Assembly: GCF_001194135.2 (NCBI RefSeq)
Contig: NC_068994.1
Coordinates: forward strand, 9,583,713-9,647,259
Origin: Octopus bimaculoides
Taxonomy: Eukaryota
DNA length: 63,547 nt
Direction of reading: 5' to 3'
Positions 38,221-51,339 of the stretch are shown here, piece after piece. The notes below the pieces were generated by a model that was not told the origin of the DNA, did not search any database, and saw only the letters and a list, made by a program, of their open reading frames with translations. Made by a program: the position numbers and the translations under genes. How positions within the stretch are numbered: the first letter of the stretch is position 1; each line of letters starts with the position of its first letter.

Positions 38221-38674
38221 TTTTACCATTCTATTGCAGTCATTTCACTGCAGTCACGTTGGAGTACTGTCACGATGATGATGATGACGAAGAAGTATTC
38301 GTTTGATCCACAATTCTAATGATAGATATCAAGACAAGTAGCAGGAATGAGCGATTATAAGGGTTTCGGTATTGGTTGACATTAGACAGCCTGGTGTAAA
38401 GAACATTGGTTTTAGATAGGATTAACGAGTGGTTTGTTTGAAAAGGGCTCTGAATTTGTGCTGGTCAGAAATCGATAGTAATAAATTTTGATGAGGATGT
38501 AACAGGATATAGCAGTCTTTGCAAATCATTAAAGACACGGGATAAGAGAGGCACATTCATGTATACGCACGAAATCACATTTATACACATGTTTATACGC
38601 ACGCACACACTCATTGATACACAGAAACACACAGGCACACACATCAATATATGTTTAGTTACATACAGAGATAC

Positions 38675-38715
<41 letters not shown>

Positions 38716-39349
38716 GCATGCGTGCATGCATACATATATAATCATACATGCATAGTAATACATTCGTGAGGAATTGAAGATTTGCGGTTGTTTTCTTGGT
38801 TTCCACTAATGAATGGAGAAAGGAAGATATCCTTCGTCATGAACTCTTATTTCCATATTCCCTTAAATCTCATCTAAAGACACTGGTATATTTGGCGTCA
38901 GATTAAATTAAGCTTCCGCCCAATGCTGCACTCAAGAACATCATTCATTCCTCCAAAAGTTTTCCATTTCGGTTTACTTTCCGGGATGTAAACGACGCAT
39001 GCTTTTGCTGAATGTGCCGTTCCAAGGGAACCAATTCATTCATCGTTGTTGTGAAGAAAACCTTTATAAGTCTATAGCTTTCTTTGTACATAAAACGTAC
39101 TTATTACAAATGATAATATTAACCTATTCTAAAAAATAAGGATTTTAATATTAATATCAACTATATTTTATCTTCTGTGTGTATGCTTGTATGCTTTATA
39201 GTATTTAAATCAATGCATCTTCTCACATAAGACTGAAATCATGGCAGAGACCATGCAAAATCGGTAGGCTATCGAAAAGTAATTCCTTGCGATGTTTCTT
39301 CACTATAAACCAACTTCTATGTATATCGTATTGACTAAAACTACCCTTT

Positions 39350-39671
39350 GTGAAGGCGCGTAGCTTAGTGGTTAGGGTATTCGGCTCACGATTGTACGGT
39401 TGTGAGTTCAATTCCCGGCGACACGTTGTGTCCTTCAGCAAGACACTTTATTTCAAGTTGCTCCAGTCCAATCATCTGGCAAAAATGAGTAGTACCTGTA
39501 ATTCGAAAGGGCCAGCCTTGTCACACTCCGTGTCAAGCTGAATCTCCCTGGGAACTACGTTACACATACACGTGTCTGTGGAGTGCTCAGTCACTTGCAC
39601 GTTAATTTCACGAACAAGCTGTTTCGTTGATCGGATCAGCTGGGATCCTCGTCGTCGTAACCGATGGAGTT
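39350..39671 (+). mobile_element. tRNA-headed SINE, family B, full length with 9-bp TSD
   Basis: A-box tagcttagtgg and B-box gagttcaattcc, then a conserved-domain-like tgtgtccttcagcaagacactttatttcaagttgctccagtcc. Flanked by ctacccttt at 39341-39349 and 39672-39680. Confidence 0.92.
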
Positions 39672-39723
39672 CTACCCTTTAAACATTTACCCTTGTACCA
39701 CAGTCAGTAATCGATCTTAGAAG

Positions 39724-39915
39724 GCCGTGAGCTGGCAGATTCGTTAGGACTTGGGGAAAACTCGTTGCCTTATATCTTTCGACTTTTAAAGTTGAGTTCA
39801 AATCTCATCATGGTCAAGTTTACCTTTCATCCTTTCCGGACTGAAATAAAATAATAGTCAAGTTTTGGGCTCAATTGTATCGACATTACCCTCTCCCTTG
39901 AAAAGTCCTGAGTTT
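39724..39915 (+). mobile_element. SINE family C, diverged
   Basis: ggccgtgagctggcagattcgttag head, gagttcaaatctc, and tttacctttcatcctttccg. Confidence 0.75.
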
Positions 39916-41009
39916 GAATCTGAATTAAAATTCAGAATTCTATCCATATTGTGACACAAAACAAAGATGTATACAAAATTATGTTGCAGAGGAATATATT
40001 TCTCAAGAAGAAATTCTGGGATGTTTGTGACAATATCAGTTCCACAATATGGACTTGAGAAATTATCGAAGTGTCATAATTCTATCAGCTGAAAATGTTG
40101 ACTCATTACGTATTTTTAGCCTGATGGCATCGAAATCTCTTAAAGGGGCTTCTGGTAAGGATTTCACTTTCCTATACTTCGTTTTCCACCTAAACCAACT
40201 ACTGCAACGTGGATGGACTTGTTCATCGATGATTTATTAGACGTATTTCACTAAGATATATCGGCTGTGTTCCGGTGCGTGATTTTTCATAATGTAACGA
40301 GTTGATGTAATGTATGAAATCCCATGGTTGTTTGGCTGTTACTCTATTTCGATTGAACATTGGATCTGTATGTTCCCATAAATCCCAGATATGTCAACCA
40401 AAAATCTCATCCTTTGTATTAGAAATTTATTTCACTTTAATGATTCATATATTATTGCTTCGTGGCTTTTTTCCTGGGATCAAAGATCGGAAGCGTTAAT
40501 GTTTTTTTCATATTGCTTTTATGTTCTTACAACATGTCATTTTGCTAACGTTTTTCCACTGCTTTACTCTGTATTTTTGGTTGCAAAATGTTGTGAGCAA
40601 AAATGCAGTTATATTTATTTGATATCATGAGATTTAACACTGGGCACCATTCGAGGATTTGTCAGAGAAAACGTTTAATAAATTATGAAGTTTAGATTGA
40701 AAAATATTGAAGGTGTCTCAGGACAATCACGATTAAAATATATCGTTTTATTTTTCTTTCATCATTTTAGCTAAGAAGAATGCAATATTTCTAATCCATT
40801 ACAAAGCGGTTACAGTTGTGGAGGCAAAAGATTGGGATTAGCCTAAAATTGGCAGCATGTGTCAAATGCTTACAATAGAGTGGATGTCACCAGAAGAACT
40901 GTCACATGCCAGCCTGTGGTGTTAAAACTACCGACGGATAGCCTATCACCTATGTAGTGAAACATGATGAAAATCAGAACACGAGAAGATGGAATAAAAC
41001 ATATGAAAG

Positions 41010-41222
41010 AATGAGAGTTGACCTCGGTGGAAATTAAATTCAGAGCGGAGTGGGTTTGACCAATTGAGCAAGGAATTTGTTTCGACGTTCAGTTAATCCA
41101 GTACGTCGATTGGTATACATTTCCACCATACAAGGTTTTCAGCGAAAATGATTTCAGAGAATCGGAACAAATACCATAATTTATTCCGTCTTACGATCTA
41201 ATGTCTCTGCTAGTATGCCCCC
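41010..41222 (-). mobile_element. Scrambled family C remnants
   Basis: gagttgacctcggtggaaattaaattcagag and ctaatgtctctgctagtatgcc match the core and head on the minus strand; the middle is poorly matched. Confidence 0.4.
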
Positions 41223-42055
41223 TTCCACTCATTTACGCTTCTATTAAATATGCTAGCCTAGAAGAGTATAGTTAATATTAGTTCATCAAGACTATGGTAT
41301 AAAATATATAAAATGCACATTCAATTACTACAGCCAAACAACTTTGTGAGAGGAAGTGGTAGAGTTTTTTTCCCTTTATGTGGCAATTAATGTTCTCGAA
41401 ATTCTTCCATATCGTAGTGATTCATGGCTTTCTGTACCCCTAGCTTACGCTTCCACTTTTGGTTCCCTTTTTTTTTGAAATTTGAAAGTTTTACTTCTCT
41501 TCAGGCGGATGATGATGGAGTATAATGTAGAAAAAACATGAACAAATTTATCTGACAACCAGAGATGAAACCTTACTTTTCATCTTGTTTCAGAAGTAAC
41601 TGTCTTACTTGAGAGAAAGAATCTGAAATTCAACATGGCTGAATATTATTTTATAAAATATTTTCTCTTCTTGTGTATCATTGACGTTTCTTGACGACCT
41701 CGTGTAATATTAGAATTCTAATCTCCAGAAAGCTCCCTCTTGTGATATTTAAAAGAAGGAAAGGTAACAATTGTTCCCCTGATATATTACTGAATTGAGT
41801 GGAAAATTACATATAATAAAAAAATGTCACCCAGGAGCACGGCATTTCTGATAACTAATTTATAAATGTATAAAAACAAAAACAACTAAGAAAAAAAAAA
41901 CAGAACCAAAATTGTCATTCAGTACTTGAGTGCCATTATTTCAGTAGATACTATCATGAATGTATGAGTGTATGTGTGTGTGTAACTATCTATCTCTTTC
42001 TCTCTGTGTATATGCATACATACATACATAATATATGTATATATATATATGCATG

Positions 42056-42093
<38 letters not shown>

Positions 42094-43647
42094 NNNNNNN
42101 NNNNNNNNNNNNNNNNNNNNNNNNNNNNNNNNNNNNNNNNNNNNNNNNNNNNNNNNNNNNNNNNNNNNNNNNNNNNNNNNNNNNNNNNNNNNNNNNNNNN
42201 NNNNNNNNNNNNNNNNNNNNNNNNNNNNNNNNNNNNNNNNNNNNNNNNNNNNNNNNNNNNNNNNNNNNNNNNNNNNNNNNNNNNNNNNNNNNNNNTATAT
42301 ATATATATATATATATTTGTATAATTTGCAAAGAAGTCTTGATACAGTCACAACATTTGAAGAAATATTTCCTTAAATTAAAAATTATTGATTATAAAAA
42401 ATAATCTCTAACAAATCGTAGAAGACATTTTTTTTTATATATTATTCATGAATTTTAATTTACAAAAATCTATCTTCGAATATTTGTATAGAAATAAATA
42501 CCTTCATTCTGGTCCGGCAAAAACAGTTAGGAGAGATAAGTGAATGTTATAATAATAAAAAAATATATTTAAAGGTAGTAATTTAACGATATAAAATTAC
42601 AGTTAGAACTAACAGATACGTGAAAATAAAACCCACTTCCATAAGACGTCTGTGTGTGTGGATGTGTACGTATGTGTGTGTGTGTGCGTGGACATATATC
42701 TTGTTGAGAATCACTTCCTATCCCATAGTACTGTGTATTCTGGAGTGCTACACTCTGAAACTGATACGATGAGAGAAGCTGAAAGGAGGAGAGCTGTATA
42801 GAAAGCATGAGAGTCACCGGGTTGTCATCCCGCTATTACATGCTCCCACCGTACCAGCTGATGCTCTCTCCGTACCACCGGATTTCGTAACAGTATAGCT
42901 CTGAACCACCTTAGGATCCATACAGTTTAAAATTAATACCCATATAATTTTCTGAAACTTAAAGAACAGACTTAAAAGGAAAGACATCTTTATTTCATGT
43001 AAATGCATCGTTCAAAGGCGAATTTACTCTTGTGCTTTGTCTAAAGAGAAATACATGCTGCAGGGAGATGAAATTCGTCTCATAAATGCTGACAAAAGGC
43101 CAGAAGCATTTTGGCCCTCTAGCGCTTTGTCAATAGCACATACTCGCTAACAACCGCATTCCCAGTCGAGATTTGTTTTTCTTATTTGGAAACTAAAATC
43201 GTTGTATCCAACAGAATCAGGATTAAGTTTAAAATTGCTTAGCAGCCTTTCCTCTTTGTTTTCACTCTCCTGTTGGTGTTACCAATTTTAACCCTCCGCA
43301 AAATCCCAAAATTATATATTTATTTTGCTTTTTGGGAGCAACTGTTTTATTTAAAGCGTATATTGTTGTTAACTGCTAGAAATACGAGACACGAAAAGCA
43401 GCCAACAACTGACGAAGGGTCGTTCATTATGTTGCTTGTCTTGTTTTCCATTTGCGTATTTCGTTGTTCGAAAAAATAGTTCATATTCCATGTACTCGTA
43501 CTTCGTATTTTTTTTGTTGTAAACGTTTCGTGACATCCTCAGTGATACAATGAAAACCTTGGGGGAGTCATATAGAATAAAACATCATGATACCAAGAAG
43601 ACAAATAATGGAACATTTGCGATTTAATCAGTAGAAAAAACACGCTT

Positions 43648-43696
<49 letters not shown>

Positions 43697-43869
43697 ATAT
43701 CTATATATATACACATATATATGTGTGTATATGTGTGTTTGTGTATAAGAACATATGACAGTGTATGTAAGGACGTGCACCTATAACACAAATTATAATA
43801 TATTGCTGATATATTTTCGATGTATATCTATCTTCTAACTATCTAACTATATAAATATAGATAGATATA

Positions 43870-43924
<55 letters not shown>

Positions 43925-44887
43925 NNNNNNNNNNNNNNNNNNNNNNNNNNNNNNNNNNNNNNNNNNNNNNNNNNNNNNNNNNNNNNNNNNNNNNNNNNNN
44001 NNNNNNNNNNNNNNNNNNNNNNNNNNNNNNNNNNNNNNNNNNNNNNNNNNNNNNNNNNNNNNNNNNNNNNNNNNNNNNNNNNNNNNNNNNNNNNNNNNNN
44101 NNNNNNNNNNNNNNNNNNNNNNNNNNNNNNNNNNNNNNNNNNNNNNNNNNNNNNNNNNNNNNNNNNNNNNNNNNNNNNNNNNNNNNNNNNNNNNNNNNNN
44201 NNNNNNNNNNNNNNNNNNNNNNNNNNNNNNNNNNNNNNNNNNNNNNNNNNNNNNNNNNNNNNNNNNNNNNNNNNNNNNNNNNNNNNNNNNNNNNNNNNNN
44301 NNNNNNNNNNNNNNNNNNNNNNNNNNNNNNNNNNNNNNNNNNNNNNNNNNNNNNNNNNNNNNNNNNNNNNNNNNNNNNNNNNNNNNNNNNNNNNNNNNNN
44401 NNNNNNNNNNNNNNNNNNNNNNNNNNNNNNNNNNNNNNNNNNNNNNNNNNNNNNNNNNNNNNNNNNNNNNNNNNNNNNNNNNNNNNNNNNNNNNNNNNNN
44501 NNNNNNNNNTATATATATATGGTGTCCGTATATACCATATCACTTAGTTTTCAATATTAATAATGTGTCTGAATGTATTCCCTCAAGGATGTCTCAGTTT
44601 ATATTGAGGTTTCCGAGAAAGAGCAAAATATAAAAGTTAAAACGAAAACAAAAATGAAATACGACAGAAGGAAATCCAAGAATATGACATATAGAGGCAA
44701 AGAATATATATCTTAATATCAAATAAATACCTAAAAATATTATTTGTCCCATAGCAGGACTAAGGGAATTGTTATTATATTTGAAGTAAGTTCGACTAAA
44801 ATCTCGCTGACATTAATAAATTCTTCTGCCCTCCTTTTTTATCTTTTTATCTTTCTGTATTTACTCCTTTGTAGTTCTCATTTTGGT

Positions 44888-44898
44888 ACCTATCTATA

Positions 44899-44989
<91 letters not shown>

Positions 44990-45076
44990 TTATATATCGA
45001 TCGATCGATCTATATATCTATTTATCTCTTTCCCTTTCTATCTCCCTCTCTTTTCTATCTCTCTGTCTCTCTATCA

Positions 45077-45108
<32 letters not shown>

Positions 45109-45130
45109 GTCTATCTGTCTCTCTCTCTCT
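44888..45130. repeat. Compound (CTAT)/(CTGT)/(CT)n microsatellite
   Basis: Directly visible; explains ORFs 44744 and 44883. Confidence 0.95.
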
Positions 45131-45337
45131 GTTAAGAAGCTTGCTTCTCAATCATATGGTTCCGCGTTCAATACTACTGCAATTGTCTTCAGGTATAGTC
45201 TCGGGGCGACCAATGCCTTGTGTGTGGATTTGTTAGATANNNNNNNNNNGTATAAATACATTTGTGTGTGTGTGTGTGTGTAGCTGTGTGTCCCCCCATC
45301 ATCACTTGACAATCGATGATGGTGTGTTTACGTCCTC
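45130..45337 (+). mobile_element. SINE family A, degenerate
   Basis: aagaagcttgcttctcaatcatatggttccgcgttcaat...gaccaatgccttgtgtgtggattt, gap, (GT)n, then catcacttgacaatcgatgatggtgtgtttacgtcc. Confidence 0.78.
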
Positions 45338-45936
45338 ACACACAGAGTGTGGGGAATAAAATGTCCTCTAAATGACTCAAAAGTGAAAATAGCTAATCTC
45401 ATTTTAAGAGATATATTTTTCAAAATTATATAAATAATATCAGTCATGACCTACAAAAATGTCAATCATGACCTTGATCGCACCAACAAATTCTGGAGTT
45501 CTTTTTTTGCCAGACTGATCAAAGTGAGTTTCATGCGCTGCCATCGTAATGATCATTAGGCTCATACACCTCTTTCCGAATCCTCTGTACTGTCCTCAGA
45601 TTGAAAGCCAAACACTCTGAAATGTTCCTATTAGAGCTTCCGGCGTGAATACCATGCAGCACAGCATGTCATTTCCAAATATCTGACTGAATGAATTACG
45701 GCATCGTCGTGTTTTTCTTACAGACGGTGCCCACGTGACCCTACTATGTTGTGTAGTCGACAAAATCAAAAACAAACAATGCGCATGCGCGAAATAAAAA
45801 ACAAATCGTGACAATTTACCTCTAACACTCAATATATATATATATATATATATATATAGGCACATAGAGAGCGATATACACATAATTATATATTCCTACA
45901 CATTTCTATATACGTATATATGTCTATATACATACT

Positions 45937-45971
<35 letters not shown>

Positions 45972-48386
45972 ATATGTATATAAATACGTGTGTGTGTATG
46001 GGTGTGTCTATGTGTTTATAGTTATCTGTTTGCCTATACTATTATTCTTGAAATATTAATATAAAGCGTAAACATGCCGATAATATACGATTGATAATAA
46101 AGGAAAACGATGCAATGTATAAATATAAATATAATGACATAACCGCACATAGTCCAGTATATCGTGATCTATGTATTTCTCTCATTGTGCCAAGATGCGT
46201 TACTCTGTTTGTTTTCTTCTTCAAATATGATTTTCATCAAATAAATATGTCTGTGCTTTTTGGTCTTTATGAATATAAGGTTTATTCAGAAATATAAACT
46301 TTTAGTAAAATATAGAAACGTCTGAATTCTGTCGAAATTTTCTGAAAAGATATAAAACTGTCTTACGATAATCCCTGGGTTTTATGCGATAATATTCGAT
46401 AAAGTGGATTCTTTCCAGAAAAACTAATTTCTAAGCTGCTGTGTTTTCCACAGACATGCCTAGGTTTCAGGTAATTTTCAGCTCGAATGAACACAGATTT
46501 TGTATGAAAATTACGTCTGATGTTAGAGGTATATATAAGAGACTATATGATTTCATTCGGAGAGATCGCGATTGGTGTAGGAAAACAGTGACGCTTGTAT
46601 TGGATTAATATATTCTTCATATATATTTTATCATATCTTTTATGCTTCAATCAACACTGCCATATTTTTGGTCCTGTAAGATCTGGATTCAGATCGTAGA
46701 AAGTCAGAAAGAATCCGGTGAACCCTTATATCTTACATTACAAGGAACCTGCAAATCTATTGCTCTAATGGCATATCGTATCATACGTTATCATATAGAA
46801 ACGATGGGTTATTAATTGCTAGCAAGACACAATATTTTGTTTTGAAAATATAATATACCACCAATACATTCCTTGATAGAATATTAGTTGGATGTAGAAC
46901 TGATGAATAAATCCTGAAATATGCATATGTACCCACTAGTTGTTTTTTTCCCCTCCTTGCTTGCATTATTTAAATCAATATCATATTTGTTTACGAAAAG
47001 ACGTACCTTCCAGCACAGGTTGTGTTCTACGCAGAATCTATAGTGATAAACTAAATAAACTGAACACATACACGAATGGTGTTCCATTGGTGTGTGTGTG
47101 TGTGGTGAAATATGTATCCTAAAATCTAACAGCAGAAGTGTAAGTGAAATAACAACCATTCTATTGAATTTTGTTTCAAAGCATTAAACAAATATACATT
47201 GAGTAAAATCTATACTAATAACATGACTTAGGGCCACAAATCCCTGTGGAGTCAAGCAGTACCGAAGCGTTTACGGTTTGTCGTTGGCGGTGTTACACCT
47301 GGCTGAATCTAGACAGCTGTATGATTAATTATAGTGGGTTATCTCGCAGTAGAATGATAGACACACACAAAGATAGGAAGAGTAGAGAGGGATCCGCTAA
47401 AATATAAAAATGATTCTCTCTGAAGAGACTGCGAGTTGGCCAAATGCAAATTTGACAGAATTCGAACTAAAGATGGTAGAGAACCGGAAAAGTTTAGCCA
47501 AAGATTTATCCAACCGTTCAAATGATTCTACCGATTGATCGCCCTAAAATTGCTTAGACGAAGGTGAAGATTTACTTCGGCAAATCTATGAACAAGCGCA
47601 TTCCATTCATGTGTATTCATGAGCATATATTTTAACCCACGACTGAAATGAGGAATACAACTAAGATGATCGGGTAAAATACACTCGAAATAATAATTCA
47701 CAAAAATTATTTTTCAGAACCAATACACACTTACTCATCGTTGTATAACTAAAATCTTTACATCCCTGGATTGGCTTGTATTTTACTATGCACACATATT
47801 CATGTATATACATATATTTATATATATATGTATGTATGTATGTATGTATATATGTATGGCACATTTTAGTGGATGTATATATTTATATTGGTAAAGAATA
47901 CATTAAATTGTATACAATGGATGTACCTGAAGCATACTTTATATATTATATTGTTATAAATTTAAAGATATTCATAAATCTAGGTAGAAACTAACTATTT
48001 CCTTTCTAACAGCACAAACATATCCGGTTTGGTTCCTACAATACAGGAAATATGCATACGTGTATGTGTGCTTATGTTCATCATTGTAGTTGATCGTATA
48101 CGCACCTACGTACACGAGAGTGTGCGTGTGCGTGTGCGTGTGCGCGTGTGTGTGTGTGTACGTGTCTGTACGTGTGTGTATACATGTGTGTTTGTGCGTG
48201 TACACGTTTTGTTTTGTGTATGTGCGTTTCAATTTACATTTCATATTTTTGTTTCAGTTTCCTGAGAAATTGCGATAAACATACAAGGATAATGCAATTC
48301 TTATTGATATATATGCTTCCATTGCCTTTCTCTTTTTTTCTCTCTCCCCCGCTTTCTCTGTATCTCGCTCTCTGTCTTTCTCTCTC

Positions 48387-48417
<31 letters not shown>

Positions 48418-49175
48418 NNNNNNNNNNNNNNNNNNNNNNNNNNNNNNNNNNNNNNNNNNNNNNNNNNNNNNNNNNNNNNNNNNNNNNNNNNNNNNNNNNN
48501 NNNNNNNNNNNNNNNNNNNNNNNNNNNNNNNNNNNNNNNNNNNNNNNNNNNNNNNNNNNNNNNNNNNNNNNNNNNNNNNNNNNNNNNNNNNNNNNNNNNN
48601 NNNNNNNNNNNNNNNNNNNNNNNNNNNNNNNNNNNNNNNNNNNNNNNNNNNNNNNNNNNNNNNNNNNNNNNNNNNNNNNNNNNNNATATATATATATATA
48701 TACGTTAATTCCGTATAATTATCAAGTGAGTATTAGATGGAAACGAATTCTAGTATATAATTATTACAAACATCGTTGAAAACTCTTCTATCATTCCGGT
48801 GTTTAAAATTCATTACCTCCAAAAACTAATCTAACGAAATAATATAATTATTTGGTTAGTTTTTCTCTACAATCTCACCGAACACGACACAAAACTTCTG
48901 TTTCAATATCAGCAGCCTATTGCACTTCAATATATCATATGCTGCTTGTATCAAATCATAGCTAGATAAATTCGTATCTGTACGTTGTTACTGAACCGAA
49001 CTGACAGAAAAAGAAAAATGTTTATTACTATATAAATTTATAGCAGGGATATTTTACCAAAATCACTGGTAACATTTAATCGAAATGCCGAATATGATTA
49101 ATTATTAAATCAACCTATCTAATTATAAGATTTTTTAATTTATATTTGTATATGTTAATATTTCTATAGGTTTAA

Positions 49176-49371
49176 GGCGGCGTGCTGGCAGAAACATTAT
49201 CACGTCGGGCGAAACGCTAAGCGGTATTTCCTAAATTCAAATTGACCGAGGTCGACTTTGTCTTTCATCCTTTCGGGGTCGATAAATTAAGTATCAGTTG
49301 CGTACTGGAGTCGATCTAATCGACTTCCCCCTCCCCACAAATTTCGGGCCTTGTGCCGAGGGGTGAAAATG
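49176..49371 (+). mobile_element. SINE family C, copy 1 of tandem trimer
   Basis: ggcggcgtgctggcagaaac...gaggtcgactttgtctttcatcctttcggggtcgataaattaagta...ctccccacaaatttcgggccttgtgcc. Confidence 0.92.
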
Positions 49372-49391
49372 AATATTTCTAGTGGGTAAAC

Positions 49392-49605
49392 GTAGCGAGC
49401 TGGCAGAAACTTTAGCACGCCGAGCGAAATGCTTAGCGGTATTTCGTCTGTCGTCTTTACGTTCTGAATTCAAATTCTGCCGAGGTCCACTTTGCCTTTC
49501 ATCCTTTCGGGGTCGATAAATTAAGGACCAGTTGCGTACTTGAGTCAATCTAATCGACTGGCCTCATCCCACCAAATTTCGGGCTTTGTGCTTCGATTAG
49601 AAAAG
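49392..49605 (+). mobile_element. SINE family C, copy 2 of tandem trimer (best preserved)
   Basis: gcgagctggcagaaactttagcacgccgagcgaaatgcttagcggtatttcgtctgtcgtctttacgttctgaattcaaattctgccgaggtc...agaaaagaata. Confidence 0.93.
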
Positions 49606-49624
49606 AATATTTCTATTGGTCTAA

Positions 49625-49850
49625 GGAAGGAAGAGGATAAAATCGCTAGCAAGCCGAACAAAGTGCTTAGCGGGATTTCGCCCATCTGTATGTTCTGAGT
49701 CTTTGTATCTCATACACTCGAGGTCGATAAAATATTTATCAGTAGAGCATTGGGGTCGATGTAAATGCCGGGCAAGGATTTCAAAGAAATACTTGACAGC
49801 AGTGCCCCAGGATGGCCTCAGCCCAAATGATTGAAACATGAAAAAGATAA
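49625..49850 (+). mobile_element. Family C-like SINE, copy 3, with a family A-type 3' tail
   Basis: aatcgctagcaagccgaacaaagtgcttagcgggatttcg...gaggtcgataaaata...gcattggggtcgatgta, then gcagtgccccaggatggcctcagcccaaatgattgaaaca. Confidence 0.78.
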
Positions 49851-50504
49851 TAGGATAACTTTATTTCTAAATCTGAACGTCCATTGTCGATCGTATTCTT
49901 CCAGTGTTAAAGACATTAACACATCTTTTACCAGTGTGATATAAGGAACACAAGGTCTCATCACGCTGTCTAGTAAAACAATCAAATGTTTTCCTGAGTA
50001 ATAATTAATTATATTGCTGCCTATTTTCAAACATATGCTTCCCAGTAGATGCATTTACATTAAATATTTGCAATCAGGACATATATAACCAGAGAAGGAC
50101 AGTTTTTAGGAACTCATTTGAATCCTTATTGAAATATGTTTACTGTGCCAAACTTATCGATCAATGTTTCCGTATAATTTAGGCCATTAACCTACTCGTG
50201 TACGAAGAAGAAATATGCAAAATATATGTAAAACAGATCACTTATGAATATTTTATAGTCTGCATGATATAAACGCTAAATGATAGAAAAAGGTTTATAT
50301 AAATACAATGGGAAGAAATACGAACACATATATGGTGGAATACATACATATAAGTACATACATATGTGTTCATGTGTGTATGTGTATGTGTGTGTGTGTG
50401 TGCGTCTCTGAGTGAGTGTGTGTGTGTGTCTTGTGTGTATATGTGTTTACATGTGTGTGTGTGTGTGTGTATGTGTGTGTCTGTGGTTGCGCAATTTGTA
50501 CGTC

Positions 50505-50647
50505 TGTACGTCCGCAGTTCAAATTCCGCCGAGGTCGATTTTGCTTTTCATGCATTTAAGGTCGATAAAAAAAATATCATTTGATCACTGGTGTCGATGT
50601 AATCGACTAACCCCCTCCCCCGAAGTTGCTGCTAAAATCTGAAACCA
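50505..50647 (+). mobile_element. SINE family C, 3' two-thirds
   Basis: gttcaaattccgccgaggtcgattttgcttttcat...ggtcgataaaa...cactggtgtcgatgtaatcgactaaccccctcccc. Confidence 0.85.
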
Positions 50648-50664
50648 CTATTATTCTTATTTTT

Positions 50665-50679
50665 ACCACCTCCACCACC

Positions 50680-50740
<61 letters not shown>

Positions 50741-50748
50741 TTACTACA
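50665..50748. repeat. (CAC)n-(TAC)n microsatellite
   Basis: Directly visible. Confidence 0.96.
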
Positions 50749-51301
50749 ATACGCAGAAGGTTTTTGAAACGCTACCTTGTAAGTCACATCATATTTGAAA
50801 GAACGAAGAAAATAACCACAATCGCAACATACAGTCTTCAATACCAATAAACAGCGTTCAGTATGGTAATTCGCATTTCTTTTGCATAAATTCATCAACT
50901 GAATTTATCTGATTTTAATAAGTAATAAATCTCAATGACGAATGAACTTTCGCTGTATTCACGAATATGTGTCACTGTATACATTCCCGTTGTTTCCAGC
51001 CTTCGGCTGCTTTAATATTCGTAATGGCGACTGAAGAAGTTTCAACGTCGATTAAAATATAGAAAAATTCTATATTATACTTCTATTATATTTTCATTCG
51101 TTTGTAAATACAAATCTTTCCTAGTATATATGCTTATTAAGCGTACATATGTGCGTGTGTGCATATATATTTAGATATATACATACATGCATACATACAT
51201 AAACATCCACACTTGTATACACACACGTATATATATATACTTATTCCCTATATATATGTTACATACATGCACATATATTTTAGGTATAATGTGTGCATCT
51301 A

Positions 51302-51339
<38 letters not shown>

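Noticed and set aside
38330-38450. Possible CR1/L2 3' end (NQYRNP on the minus strand)
   Set aside because: Too short and degenerate to support.
39355-39430. tRNA gene
   Set aside because: A and B boxes are present but the acceptor and anticodon stems do not pair, and the sequence continues into a SINE body with a TSD. The same applies to the family A and C heads.
42720-42910. GC-richer block with short open frames on both strands
   Set aside because: All frames close quickly. The pattern is explained by a degenerate 21-nt duplication (ccgtacca); the similarity to the mariner PPYSPDL motif is too weak.
43380-43540. ctgacgaaggg hammerhead-core-like motif in an imperfect inverted repeat (possible Penelope-type terminus)
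   Set aside because: No stem II partner followed by GAAA downstream, so a hammerhead cannot be built.
49157-49850. CRISPR-like repeat-spacer array
   Set aside because: Eukaryotic DNA; the intervening units are homologous SINEs of more than 200 bp, not unique spacers, and there are no cas genes.
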